Shown here in pieces: positions 12,553 through 21,799 of a DNA stretch of 64,000 nt. The stretch's first letter is position 1. Every line of letters begins with the position of its first letter. Below the pieces are notes generated by a model. The model saw only the letters and a list, made by a program, of their open reading frames with translations. It did no database searches and was not told where the DNA came from. The DNA lies in the NCBI GenBank assembly GCA_963847445.1, contig CAWJZV010000014.1, positions 192,001 through 256,000 on the forward strand, in the 5' to 3' direction. Origin of the DNA: an uncultured delta proteobacterium (lineage in GTDB: Bacteria > Desulfobacterota > Binatia > UBA9968). The position numbers were made by a program, and so were the translations under genes.

Positions 12553-13069
12553 TCAACTGCTATCATCGCGATTCATTTCACCCACTGACTTGGCCGCCCG
12601 CGCCACAGCGTTTGCATTGGCTGGCTCGCCCCAAATCTTGGCGTAGATATGATCGCCGATATCCTTACCGGTGAACCATTCGACAAGTGAATTAACGACC
12701 CCGGTCACCAAGCCGCTCAGACGGCCCCAAAGCGCGCCGCCGATCACCCGTAGGCGCCATGCCGATGCGATCGTCCGTCAGATTACGATAAATCGTCGCG
12801 ACAATCGGGATATGCTGGAGCGGATTGACGATGTCAAGGAAGTCGCCAAATTCAAAACTTGCACTTTGCCACAGCGAAAAAGCTTTCGCGGGTGCGGCGG
12901 TTGGCGTCGGCGCGCTGGGATCCTTGGAGAGGTCATCGGCGACGCGCGCATAAGATCGTTTCATGGTCGCCGCTTCGGCTCCGTTGCGAGCCCGGGCGAT
13001 TGGCGCGGCTGGTGTCGCTTCATTACGGCGCGGTTCCACGCTGGCGAGCGCTGTCGATTCGAGAATCAT
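12553..13069 (-). CDS. Conserved-looking hypothetical protein (NPLQHIP motif plus Gly-rich hydrophobic segment); frameshift near 12750
   Basis: FEFGDFLDIVNPLQHIPIVATIYRNLTDDRIG + IGGALWGRLSGLVTGVVNSLVEWFTGKDIGDH; starts 2 nt after the motB-like stop. Confidence 0.7.
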
Positions 13070-13071
13070 GG

Positions 13072-13833
13072 TTATTTTTCAGCGCTTGCGCCGGCACCCG
13101 TTGCACTTTCTTGCAACAGCCTGATTTCGACCCGGCGATTGGCGCGCCGATCGGTCGGCGTGGAGTTAGGATTTTTCGGCCGTTGATCGGCGTATCCCTG
13201 AACTGCGATACGCGAGGGACGCAGACCGCGCTGAACCAAGTAGCGCGCCACCCGGCTCGCCCGTGCCGTCGACAGTTCCCAGTTGGACGGAAAAGCTGAA
13301 TTGGCAATGCGCACGCTGTCGGTGTGGCCGCTGACGGCGACCGACATTTTCGGATTGGCGAGCACGACGGCGGCGATTTTTTCCAGCACTGGCAGCGCCC
13401 GCCGGCGCAGCTCGGCCTTACCGGAGTCGAACGGCACACTGTCGCGCATCGACAACAAGATTTCGCCGGCCGTCGATTCGATCGTGACATCCTGGCGCAA
13501 TCCCGCGGCACCGACGAACTGGGCTAAATCGTTTTGTACAGCTTGCCAAGCATCCAGCCCCATTGATGCCTCGACCGGGAGCAGCTGGGCACTGGCTTGG
13601 GGCGCGGCCGGCAACGCACCCTTGACCGTCGGTTGTGCCACCGTCGAGCTAGCCGTGGCATACCACAGCACGGCGAAGCCCAATAGCAATAAGGTCAGAT
13701 CACTGAGCGTGATCATCCACCAATCGGTATCGTTCTGGTTTGACGAGCTAGTCGCCACTGAGCGCGGCAGAACTGCGTTGCGATGAGCGAGTGTTTCGAA
13801 ACCCGCTAAAATTTGCACACGGTTTGACTTCAT
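13072..13833 (-). CDS. motB: MotB/PomB/MotS-like stator B subunit with OmpA domain
   Basis: TM WWMITLSDLTLLLLGFAVLWY with conserved Asp; FDSGKAEL, SGHTD, FPSNWELSTARA, RANRRVEI. Confidence 0.85.
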   Translation of the reverse strand: MKSNRVQILAGFETLAHRNAVLPRSVATSSSNQNDTDWWMITLSDLTLLLLGFAVLWYATASSTVAQPTVKGALPAAPQASAQLLPVEASMGLDAWQAVQNDLAQFVGAAGLRQDVTIESTAGEILLSMRDSVPFDSGKAELRRRALPVLEKIAAVVLANPKMSVAVSGHTDSVRIANSAFPSNWELSTARASRVARYLVQRGLRPSRIAVQGYADQRPKNPNSTPTDRRANRRVEIRLLQESATGAGASAEK

Positions 13834-13838
13834 AATCT

Positions 13839-14630
13839 CTAGCGATGCGCTAGAAGAGCGATCGGTTCCCATTCGCGATAACGGCCACCTTCGGTAGCGC
13901 TAATCGGGAAAGAAGTTTTAGGACGATCGACCAGCGTCAGACTCTCGCCTCGCGCAATCGTTAAAATCCAATCTTTACTCAAACGCATTTTGGTTTCTTG
14001 CTCCACAGCAACCGATTGTAACCGAGCCAAAAGCGGCGCAACTAAGACATTGGCCGCCACCGCGCCGTAGAGCGTTGTCAGGACCGATAAACCCAACGCA
14101 GCCGGCAAGCTTTTCGGATCGGCAGTAACGAGGTTTCCCAACAGCAGCACCATGCCGATCAAAGTGCCGATCAGTCCGAAAGACGGCAGCAACTTGCCTA
14201 GTGTCAAAAGGATTTGGCGGTTGGCTTCATATTCACCGAGTATGCCAGCGAAGCGAACCTCCAAGCGTGCGCGAATCGACTCCGCATTATGCAAATCGAC
14301 GAGCAACTCGACACCATACTTCAGATAGCCATCGTCTAGATGCTTTTCCTGGGTTTCCACGCCTCGGAGTCCTTCCAGACAAAATAGTTCGGTAAGTCTG
14401 CGCAAGACGGCTACGTGAGCTTGTAAGCTAGCCTCCGGTGCCGCAAACAAGCCCCGAATGGCTAGGGCGCAATCTTTCAATTGCTTCTTGGAGTAGGAAA
14501 AATAAGTTACTGTCAATGCACCCCCGCAAGTTAGCAGCAGGGAAAAAGGATCAAAAAATTGCGGCTTGAGAATTACCCCCACGGCCAGTGAAAAAATAAC
14601 AACCCCCAGAAGCGCGAACTCACGAGACAC
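13839..14630 (-). CDS. motA: MotA/PomA/MotP-like stator A subunit (divergent)
   Basis: Four TM segments; FDPFSLLLTCGGAL, PSFGLIGTLIGMV, SVLTTLYGAVAANV..P. Confidence 0.82.
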   Translation of the reverse strand: MSREFALLGVVIFSLAVGVILKPQFFDPFSLLLTCGGALTVTYFSYSKKQLKDCALAIRGLFAAPEASLQAHVAVLRRLTELFCLEGLRGVETQEKHLDDGYLKYGVELLVDLHNAESIRARLEVRFAGILGEYEANRQILLTLGKLLPSFGLIGTLIGMVLLLGNLVTADPKSLPAALGLSVLTTLYGAVAANVLVAPLLARLQSVAVEQETKMRLSKDWILTIARGESLTLVDRPKTSFPISATEGGRYREWEPIALLAHR

Positions 14631-14694
14631 AGCGACCTCCCGCTATTGAACAATGGAACGAGTTTGACCGATTCGATTTCTTCCCAGCGCACAC

Positions 14695-14709
14695 GCAGAA
14701 TTCGTGCCG
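14695..14709 (-). promoter_or_regulatory. sigma54 -24/-12 promoter for the second stator operon
   Basis: Minus strand CGGCACGAATTCTGC (GG-N10-GC), 65 nt upstream of the start. Confidence 0.6.
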
Positions 14710-14761
14710 GCATCTCAGCCACACGGAACTCCAGGAGAAAATGTTGGTATCGGGAATTAGG

Positions 14762-14782
14762 GGTAGGAAATCTTTTCCTACC
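14762..14782. promoter_or_regulatory. Perfect palindrome, candidate enhancer site
   Basis: ggtaggaaa-tct-tttcctacc, with an adjacent half-site ggtaagaaa, 50-75 nt upstream of the sigma54 motif. Confidence 0.45.
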
Positions 14783-14820
14783 GAGGGTAAGAAACGCCGA
14801 GTGGAGGCGAAAAAAACGGC

Positions 14821-15177
14821 CTATGCAGTGCGGTGGTGATATGAACCCATCGATTGGGCAATTCGGGCGTAGGCGTTAAAGACCCGACGCCGATCAGACA
14901 ACTCAATCATTTCCCGACTAATATTTGACAGTTGCTGTCCAATTTTTTGCACCAAAACTTGGTCTTTTTCCAAGACCGAAGTCATCAGCGGTTGCAAAGC
15001 CGGGGAGTCGGCAACGATGTCTTCCGTACACATCGGTAGGTCCCAGAGTCGTTGAAAGACCGCATTTCTCCGAAGGGCGTAGCCTTCCCAGACTTCGAGA
15101 CTCGGGTCGGGACAGTTAAGCAGATCTTCCGTAATGGCGAGCAATGATAAGATCTCTTGGCAGATTAATTCGTTCAT
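14821..15177 (-). CDS. FliT-like flagellar chaperone
   Basis: 118-aa helical ORF directly after fliS; RRNAVFQRL..EKDQVL..NAY pattern; assigned mainly by position. Confidence 0.55.
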   Translation of the reverse strand: MNELICQEILSLLAITEDLLNCPDPSLEVWEGYALRRNAVFQRLWDLPMCTEDIVADSPALQPLMTSVLEKDQVLVQKIGQQLSNISREMIELSDRRRVFNAYARIAQSMGSYHHRTA

Positions 15178-15181
15178 CGAA

Positions 15182-15578
15182 TCAAAGGTTTTCTTTCCGT
15201 GCTTGCGCGACGGCTCCCTCCCAGCCTTCGTTTAAAGTCGATAGAAGCAATAACACGTCGTCGATCGGTTTTACCTTATTTTCCAGGTGCGCTTCCATGA
15301 GCTGATCCATCATGAATCGGTAAAGGGCTTCGAGCGAGCGTGAGAGATCCCCGCCTACTTCAAAATCAAGCGTGCTTAGCAACTCACCGATTACGGCATG
15401 AGCTTTAGAGATGCACATCCCCTTTTCCGCGATCTGCCCCTGGTCGAGATGGACCTTGGCGCGTTTGAGGAAATCCATTGCGCCTTGGTACAAGCATCAG
15501 CAGCAGCGTACCTCTATCCGCCGTATAGAATTGGTTGATTTTGTACGTCTCGAGTTGTTGCGAGTATGCGACTGACAT
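15182..15578 (-). CDS. fliS: Flagellin chaperone FliS (frameshift near 15494)
   Basis: YTADRGTLLLM + LYQGAMDFL, KAHAVIGELLSTLD..GGDLSRSLEALYRFM, LNEGW. Confidence 0.9.
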
Positions 15579-15586
15579 AAAAATAC

Positions 15587-16939
15587 TTACTTATTAAGTT
15601 GACCATTTAAGCCGGCAAGTTGTTGCGTCAGGTAGTTTCCCTGCGTGTTGATCTGGCTAACCAGTGTCTCCAACGCTGTGAATTTGCGGGTTAGGTCTTC
15701 CATGAGACGGTTAATACTATTTTCTTTACTGGCGATCCGATCACCTATTTTTTTAATTTCATTTTGAGCCCCATCAATTCGAGCGGACAAGACACCATCA
15801 CCGAGCCTGGTCGCGGCGTCGGCAAAATTTATGACCGACTTGGCGAGGCCATCCGTGGCTGCGGCAAATAGATTACCCACCCCCGCTAAATTGGCCTTTA
15901 GCGCGGCATCAAACTTGGCACTATTGACGGAGAGCGTTCCGTTCTTTTGTGTCGCGATGCCAATTTCACTGAGAATCGAAGGCGAACCGGCAACCGGAGT
16001 AATAATCAAACTCTGCAAACTACGCTTGAGTGATGCCACTGTGGCATCGCCGATCAACGGCCCACCCGTCTTGGTTGCGCTATCATACTTGGTTTTTTCG
16101 GCGATAAATGAAGTGACCTCGTTGTAGGCGGTAATAAACTCGTTGAGTTGGTTTTTGATCGCTTCGGTATCGTCATTGACGGTTACTTGAACTTCCGTAG
16201 CGGAGCTCGACTTAAGGTCCAAAGTCACGCCGGGAATGACGTCGGATAGCAAATTTGCGGCGCGCGCCAGCGGGATCCCATCGACCACCAAGGTCGCATC
16301 CAACGCCGCCTGCGTGGTCGCAAAACCGGGTGCCGTCCCACCGTTCAAGTTTGCTTCGCTGATGGCTACAGCATTGGTGAGACCGGTGTTCTTTCCACTG
16401 ATCACAAGGCGGTATGAAGGCGTTGTGCCTGCCGTTACGGTCACAATGGAAGCTGTAACGTCAGCATCGGAATCGTTAATTGCGGCGCGCAAACCTTCTA
16501 AGGTGTTGTTGGTACCGTCGATGGCGATATTCGTGGTCGTTGCGCCCACTGTAATGGCGAGCGTTCCCGTGCCGACGACGGTCGTAGCAGTGTCGCTGAA
16601 CGGTGCGGAAGCTAATGTGCTGCTCCTGGCAAGAGCACTGACGGTAACGTTGTGATTGGCAGTGTCGGCGCTGGAACTCGCGGTCGCCACCAGCACATCT
16701 TCCTTCGAGCTTTTCGCTGTCTTGATAAAGAAATTCGCCGTAGTCGACAGTTTCGTAACGGCGGTCTTTAACGCCGTCAATTTCCCACTGAGGTCCTGAT
16801 ATAGTTTGGTTTTTTCTTGGAGTTTGGCCTGCTGGTTCTGCAGCAGGGTTATCGGTCGTCGCTCAACCGCAACTAAACCCTCGATGATGGCCTGGGTATT
16901 AAGACCGGTAGCTAGACCGCCAAACGTTATCGTCGCCAT
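15587..16939 (-). CDS. fliD: Flagellar filament cap protein
   Basis: ITFGGLATGLNTQAII, DATLVVDG, DVIPGVTLDL, FITAYNE, RKFTALETLVSQINTQGNYLTQQL. Confidence 0.95.
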   Translation of the reverse strand: MATITFGGLATGLNTQAIIEGLVAVERRPITLLQNQQAKLQEKTKLYQDLSGKLTALKTAVTKLSTTANFFIKTAKSSKEDVLVATASSSADTANHNVTVSALARSSTLASAPFSDTATTVVGTGTLAITVGATTTNIAIDGTNNTLEGLRAAINDSDADVTASIVTVTAGTTPSYRLVISGKNTGLTNAVAISEANLNGGTAPGFATTQAALDATLVVDGIPLARAANLLSDVIPGVTLDLKSSSATEVQVTVNDDTEAIKNQLNEFITAYNEVTSFIAEKTKYDSATKTGGPLIGDATVASLKRSLQSLIITPVAGSPSILSEIGIATQKNGTLSVNSAKFDAALKANLAGVGNLFAAATDGLAKSVINFADAATRLGDGVLSARIDGAQNEIKKIGDRIASKENSINRLMEDLTRKFTALETLVSQINTQGNYLTQQLAGLNGQLNK

Positions 16940-16942
16940 TGA

Positions 16943-17291
16943 CTAGGATTCCTTCGATACCATGAGCCCCTTGAGGTCACGAAGGGCTTTGGTGATGTTC
17001 AACAATTCTTCCGGGGGTATCTGGCGCACCAGCTTGCCCGACTCCGCATCGACAATCTGAATGACCTGAATGCCTGTGTCTTTGTCCTGTTCGAATCTCA
17101 GGCGAACTTGCGCACGGTTCAGTACGATAGGCTTTGAGCGCGCTTCCACCTGAGCTTGGCTCGGGGTCACGCCGTGGCTCACTCACAACCTTTTTCTTGC
17201 TGTCACCGGCCGTAATCTCAAGAGGGTTTCTCAGCTGTTGACGGCTTGGAGCGACCGCGAGCGAGACGAGATTGGTTTGATCAACTTTCAT
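16943..17291 (-). CDS. flaG: FlaG family protein (frameshift near 17180)
   Basis: LRFEQDKDTG..IQIVDAESGKLVRQIPPEELL..GLMV; lies between fliC and fliD. Confidence 0.88.
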
Positions 17292-17309
17292 GGCATCACC
17301 TACATCACG

Positions 17310-17350
17310 AAGGGTAAAGGAGGGACCAATGGCGGTCCCTCCCTACCCTT
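17310..17350 (-). terminator. Stem-loop after fliC (terminator or mRNA-stabilising hairpin)
   Basis: ggagggacc-aatggc-ggtccctcc, extended by aagggta/taccctt. Confidence 0.65.
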
Positions 17351-17364
17351 GTGCTCGGTTGAGA

Positions 17365-18219
17365 TTACCGACTCAGTAGCGACAAAGCCAATGAAGGAAC
17401 CTGATTGGCCTGAGACGCTATGGCCGCACCAGCCTGTGACAGGATCTGGTAACGGGCCAGTTCCGCCGTTTCCTGGGCAACGTCAACGTCCCGGATACGA
17501 GAGTTGGCGGCCGAGAGGTTTTCCACGGAAATCGACAAGCTACGAGAAGTCGCCTCAAGGCGGTTCTGCACCGCGCCCAAGGTCGCCCGGCTGCTGTTTA
17601 CAGCATCGATCGCGCTGTCGATGGTGGTGATCGCGTCGGTGGCTCCGGAAGCCGAAGTCAACGAAAGCGCCGTCAAATCCAACCCGCCGCTACCGAGGGC
17701 GGTCGCCTTCAGCGGATTAATGCTGATGGTGATGGTATCGTTGCTCGTGGTCCCGATACCAACCTGCAGGACAAACGACACTGCGGCGCCCGCACTGTTA
17801 CCGTTCAAAACTTGCACGTTGTTGAATTTTACGACGCCAGCGATACGGGTGATTTCCGCGGTCAACTGATCATATTCGGTATCGATGGCCCCGCGGTCGG
17901 TCGCGGAGATCGTGCCGTTGGCTGATTGGACCGCGAGCTCGCGCAGACGAATCAAGGTGCTGCTAACTTCGTCATAGCCGCCTTCCGACACCTGGACCAA
18001 GCTGACGCCGTCCAGAGTGTTACGCGACGCCTGACTGGTGGAGCGGATCTGCGCCTTTAAACGTTCAGAAATTGCCAGACCCGCGGCGTCGTCGCCAGCG
18101 CGATTGATACGAAAACCAGACGATAGCCGTTCGAGGGCTTTGCTGAGACCGAACTGAGTGTTGCTTAGATGTCTCTGCGCATTCAATGATGCGACGTTTG
18201 TATTGATTACGATAGCCAT
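17365..18219 (-). CDS. fliC: Flagellin (short, 284 aa)
   Basis: INTNVASLNAQR, ERLSSGFRINRAGDDAAGLAIS, RATLGAVQNRLE, SRIRDVDVAQE. Confidence 0.98.
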   Translation of the reverse strand: MAIVINTNVASLNAQRHLSNTQFGLSKALERLSSGFRINRAGDDAAGLAISERLKAQIRSTSQASRNTLDGVSLVQVSEGGYDEVSSTLIRLRELAVQSANGTISATDRGAIDTEYDQLTAEITRIAGVVKFNNVQVLNGNSAGAAVSFVLQVGIGTTSNDTITISINPLKATALGSGGLDLTALSLTSASGATDAITTIDSAIDAVNSSRATLGAVQNRLEATSRSLSISVENLSAANSRIRDVDVAQETAELARYQILSQAGAAIASQANQVPSLALSLLSR

Positions 18220-18228
18220 TAGTTATTT

Positions 18229-18312
18229 TCCTCCATGATTTTTTGTTTTTGGGCTTCCCTGCCCAAGGGAGGCGGCTATGCGTAACTCGGTGCTTCTTTC
18301 CCCCCTTTCCGT
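18229..18312 (-). promoter_or_regulatory. Putative CsrA-binding sites in the fliC leader
   Basis: mRNA has ACGGA, a hairpin UUGGGC-AGGGAA-GCCCAA (18249-18266) and AUGGAGGA overlapping the SD; csrA and fliW are present. Confidence 0.65.
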
Positions 18313-18335
18313 ACGAATCACCGCCTCGTAGTATT

Positions 18336-18362
18336 CAATCGACGCGACGCGGTGAAACTTTA
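18336..18362 (-). promoter_or_regulatory. sigma28 promoter of fliC
   Basis: TAAAGTTT-N11-GTCGATTG against consensus TAAAGTTT-N11-GCCGATAA. Confidence 0.8.
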
Positions 18363-18483
18363 GCGCTCTGTCAAAAAACCGCCGATCGTGGCAGCTCTAA
18401 CAAGGAGCGAGAACAGCAGAGAAAAACCGCTTAAAATCGAAAGGATGGCAGCGTTTCGGGAAGAATTGGGATGGGCCGGTCAA

Positions 18484-20567
18484 TCAGGTCGTCAAATTCT
18501 CGGCAACTTCTGCGGTACCGTGCATTACGCTCTGGTACAGACTTGAGAGTTTTGTTGGATCCAGTTGGTCTTCCGCCCAATAGGAATCCTGATCAGGCCA
18601 GAGAAAGCCGACCCACTTGGCGAAAAATCGCATACGATCTGCGGCATCATCCTGACTGGCGCCGCTCAGGCAAATAAACAAACTTTCGGGAGTATAAGCG
18701 GTTTTCCAACCGTTGCGTCCCGCCTGGAAACAGAAATCCAGCTCAGCCCATTGGCTTTGGAAGGCCTCGTCAAAACCTCCGGTAGCCAGGAAAACCTCAC
18801 GGCGCACCAGCAAGCACCCCGCCACGGCCCGCATTGGTCTCCCTCGGTGGGCGGCAGGGAATGTCGCGGGCAACCGCCGATACAGATAGACCGGCGTCAA
18901 ATTAGCATCCACGGCAATTCCCGCGTGAGCTAGCTGACCGTCCGCGAATAGCGCCAAGCCGCCGGCGATACCAATCTCGAAGTCGTTCTCCAACCGATGC
19001 ACCAGGCCCTCCAACCAACCCGTTTGCGGTATCCACCCCGGCGACAAAAAGCACAGGTAGCGGCCGGTCGCTCGCGAAGCGGCGAGGTTGTAGAGGCTTC
19101 CAAGCGTTCCTTGTTCGCACTGTAACACCGACACATCGCCTCCGAGTGAATTGATGAATTCACCGCGCTCGTGCGGCGCCAAGTTGGTGCTGATTAAACA
19201 CTCATAGGACAGGTTCGTAGGAGTGTTTTCGACGACTCCAAGCAAGGTTTCCGGGGCGCCGTCGGCGCTACGTAACGGAATGAGGATCGAGCACAGCAAG
19301 TCTCCCGGCGCGATCGAAGAAGCGAAGTAGCGTTGCTCCGAACGCCTGACGCTCGGGCTGAAAGTATACTCTCGACGGCCTCCACGCAGCGATCAATGCT
19401 CTTGCCATCAAGACGATGAAGGTTGCGACGCAGGTATTCCTCCACCCGCCGCGCTCGACCCGCAGCCACCGACCCTTGGAGGGTTTTGCCCACCGCCGCG
19501 GGTAATTCGGCCAGGCTTGACACCACATCCGCTACACCCTGGCGTCCAAACGAGTATTCAAGGCCGGACAACTGAACTTCAATGAGCGGCTTGCCAAACG
19601 CCAGCGCCTCAAGACCCGTCGTTGAATTACCAAAGACGATGCAAACATCGCTCACCGCGAGCAACCGATAGGTATCGAATTGTTGCAGCATGCGAATATT
19701 GGTCACTGATCCTAGTGCGTTGGCGATTTCCTCAATGGCCAACTTATTGGTAACCGGATGCCACTTACACATCAAAATCAGGTCCGGATTGGCACGGAGC
19801 CAGTCGAGAAGCTCGTGCGGAAAGGCAAAGCTCTTGTCATAACCCAAACCGCCCATCAAAAGAGTAATAACTTTTTTTTCTTTGCCGATGTTGAGTTCAT
19901 TTCTTGTTCTTTTCATCGCGCCGCGCTCGGTTTCCCTGCCGACGACCGACTGCAAATGCGTATTGCCAACGATAAAGATCTTGTCAGGACTGCCACCGGA
20001 CCGAATTAAAACCTCGCGCGTGGCCTCGCCCCAGACAAGGCAAGCGCTGGAGTATTCGGTGTGAAATCGATAGACGGCGGCCGGCGCGTAATAGAGTCCT
20101 TCCTGCAACGTCATCAGGGGCACGCGAAATTCGTGCGAGAGATAGCCGAGCATTTTGCCCCAGCTATTCAGTTCATGGAGGGCCAATACCAGGTCGGGTT
20201 TCTCGACTTCGAACATTCGCCGGAACAGATAGAAGTTGTCCACGTGCATACGCAAGATTTTATCCTGAATCGGCAAAGTGAAATGATGCAGCACCGGGCT
20301 TTGGAGCAACTTTTCTTTCCAAACTGCACGTACCTTTCGATAGGCTATGTCGATCTCGCGTAGCACCTCTGCATTCGCGTAAGATTGGCTGTGGCAATAG
20401 GGCAAACCTTCATCCTGGAGCGTCAGCTCAAACGGCATTTCCGCCGGCGCGGTGAGATACTTGATCGTCATGCCTAGCTCTTCCAGTGTTCGTGTAATAG
20501 GTAATAAAAAACGGCTATGATGCTTGAGTGCCAGAAAGCAGAATGCCTTTTTCCCCTCAAAGTTCAT
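18484..20567 (-). CDS. Glycosyltransferase: N-terminal GT-B-like domain plus C-terminal GT2-like domain (join across a frameshift near 19310 is inferred)
   Basis: LQEG, VWGEA..IVGN, KWHP, NSTTGLEALAFGKP; then SILIP, YNLAA..YLCF, GCLLVRREVF..GGFDE..ELDFC. Confidence 0.65.
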
Positions 20568-21783
20568 CGTGCACCCCCATCGTCTCAATACCAACTCTGT
20601 GATTAAGCGCCCCATTAAGAACATGGCTCAAGCAGGTGCGCGTGAGAACTTTCTGCTCGATCCACACCCGGACCGCACTCATCGCGCGGGCGGCGCAGGG
20701 CTCAACAAACAGACTCTCGCCGATCCAAGAACTTTCACCCCACCCCTGGCAAACCACGGTCAATTTTCCGTAACTGGCCGCCAATTCCGTAAACACGGAA
20801 TGGGCCGGCGCCAAGACCACGTCAGATACCAAGAGAGGCCATAGCCATCCGCCTTGGTCGTCGACGATCACGTGAGGCAGGGCGGCGATTTCGTCACGGT
20901 AAACCTTCTCCGCTATTTCTCTTTCTTTGAGTCCTTGACGCGCAATATTGGGGTCCGTCCGCAGAATCACCGTGAACGAAAACGGCAGTGACTTCAGGCT
21001 AACCAGCAACTGGCGAATTTCGTGGATAAAAGCGACATGATGCGGGATGAGAATAACCACTTGGCCATGGCCCAGGTCAAACTTGCGCCGAAGGTCCTCT
21101 TCTTGTTCGAAATAATCGTTTAGATAAGCATCGTCCCGACAAGTTAAAAGATAGCCTTCCTCTGGCGGTAACACGAAGGTTCGCTCCGACGGCGCCAACT
21201 CCTCGAGAGCCACAAACGAACGGGAGAACTCCGTCTTAACCGCGTAGGTATCCGCAAGGGATGCGCCCAAAGTTTGTTTATTGCCCAAGAGGGATACTTC
21301 AAGACCAACCACCCGCGCACGGGCCTTTCGCGCTTGCAACAGCATGGCGCTATACAGCCGCGACGCTGCGTTCGAATTATTATCGACGCCCATCAGCGGG
21401 TAGACTAAAACGTCCGGTTCAACGAGCAATTCGGGGTGATCGACCACGTCGACGCAACCCAGGTAATCGTCCATGGCCATCACTTTCCAAATATGCAGCT
21501 GGCTCTCGGGAAATGGGACGTCCCGGGTGAGCCGGATCATTAGTTCCGTCATCGCCACCGAATGTTCAGCGGCGAGCGGCAAATGACTGCCCGGCAGACA
21601 ATAGTTCTTGATGCCGATGGCTTCGAATTGACCGCAAATCTCCGTATCGTGGCTAACAACGCTGACGTCGAACTGTTCTGTCGCGGCCACACGGCGGACC
21701 AACTTCTGGAATTTGCCGCGCGTGTATTTCCAATCCGCGTCACCAATAGCGAACAACACTTTTGGCTTATTGACTTTGCTCAT
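20557..21783 (-). CDS. Hypothetical protein, GT-B-fold-like, in the glycosylation operon
   Basis: 408-aa ORF abutting or overlapping its neighbours; ILRTDP, SDVVLAPAHSVFTELAASYGKLTV resembles a GT-B C-terminal motif. Confidence 0.55.
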   Translation of the reverse strand: MSKVNKPKVLFAIGDADWKYTRGKFQKLVRRVAATEQFDVSVVSHDTEICGQFEAIGIKNYCLPGSHLPLAAEHSVAMTELMIRLTRDVPFPESQLHIWKVMAMDDYLGCVDVVDHPELLVEPDVLVYPLMGVDNNSNAASRLYSAMLLQARKARARVVGLEVSLLGNKQTLGASLADTYAVKTEFSRSFVALEELAPSERTFVLPPEEGYLLTCRDDAYLNDYFEQEEDLRRKFDLGHGQVVILIPHHVAFIHEIRQLLVSLKSLPFSFTVILRTDPNIARQGLKEREIAEKVYRDEIAALPHVIVDDQGGWLWPLLVSDVVLAPAHSVFTELAASYGKLTVVCQGWGESSWIGESLFVEPCAARAMSAVRVWIEQKVLTRTCLSHVLNGALNHRVGIETMGVHDEL

Positions 21784-21799
21784 TGCTCGCCCAACCCTC

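Noticed and set aside
12296-12556. 86-aa minus-strand ORF after the NPLQHIP gene
   Set aside because: No recognisable motif; it may be spurious or a frameshifted tail.
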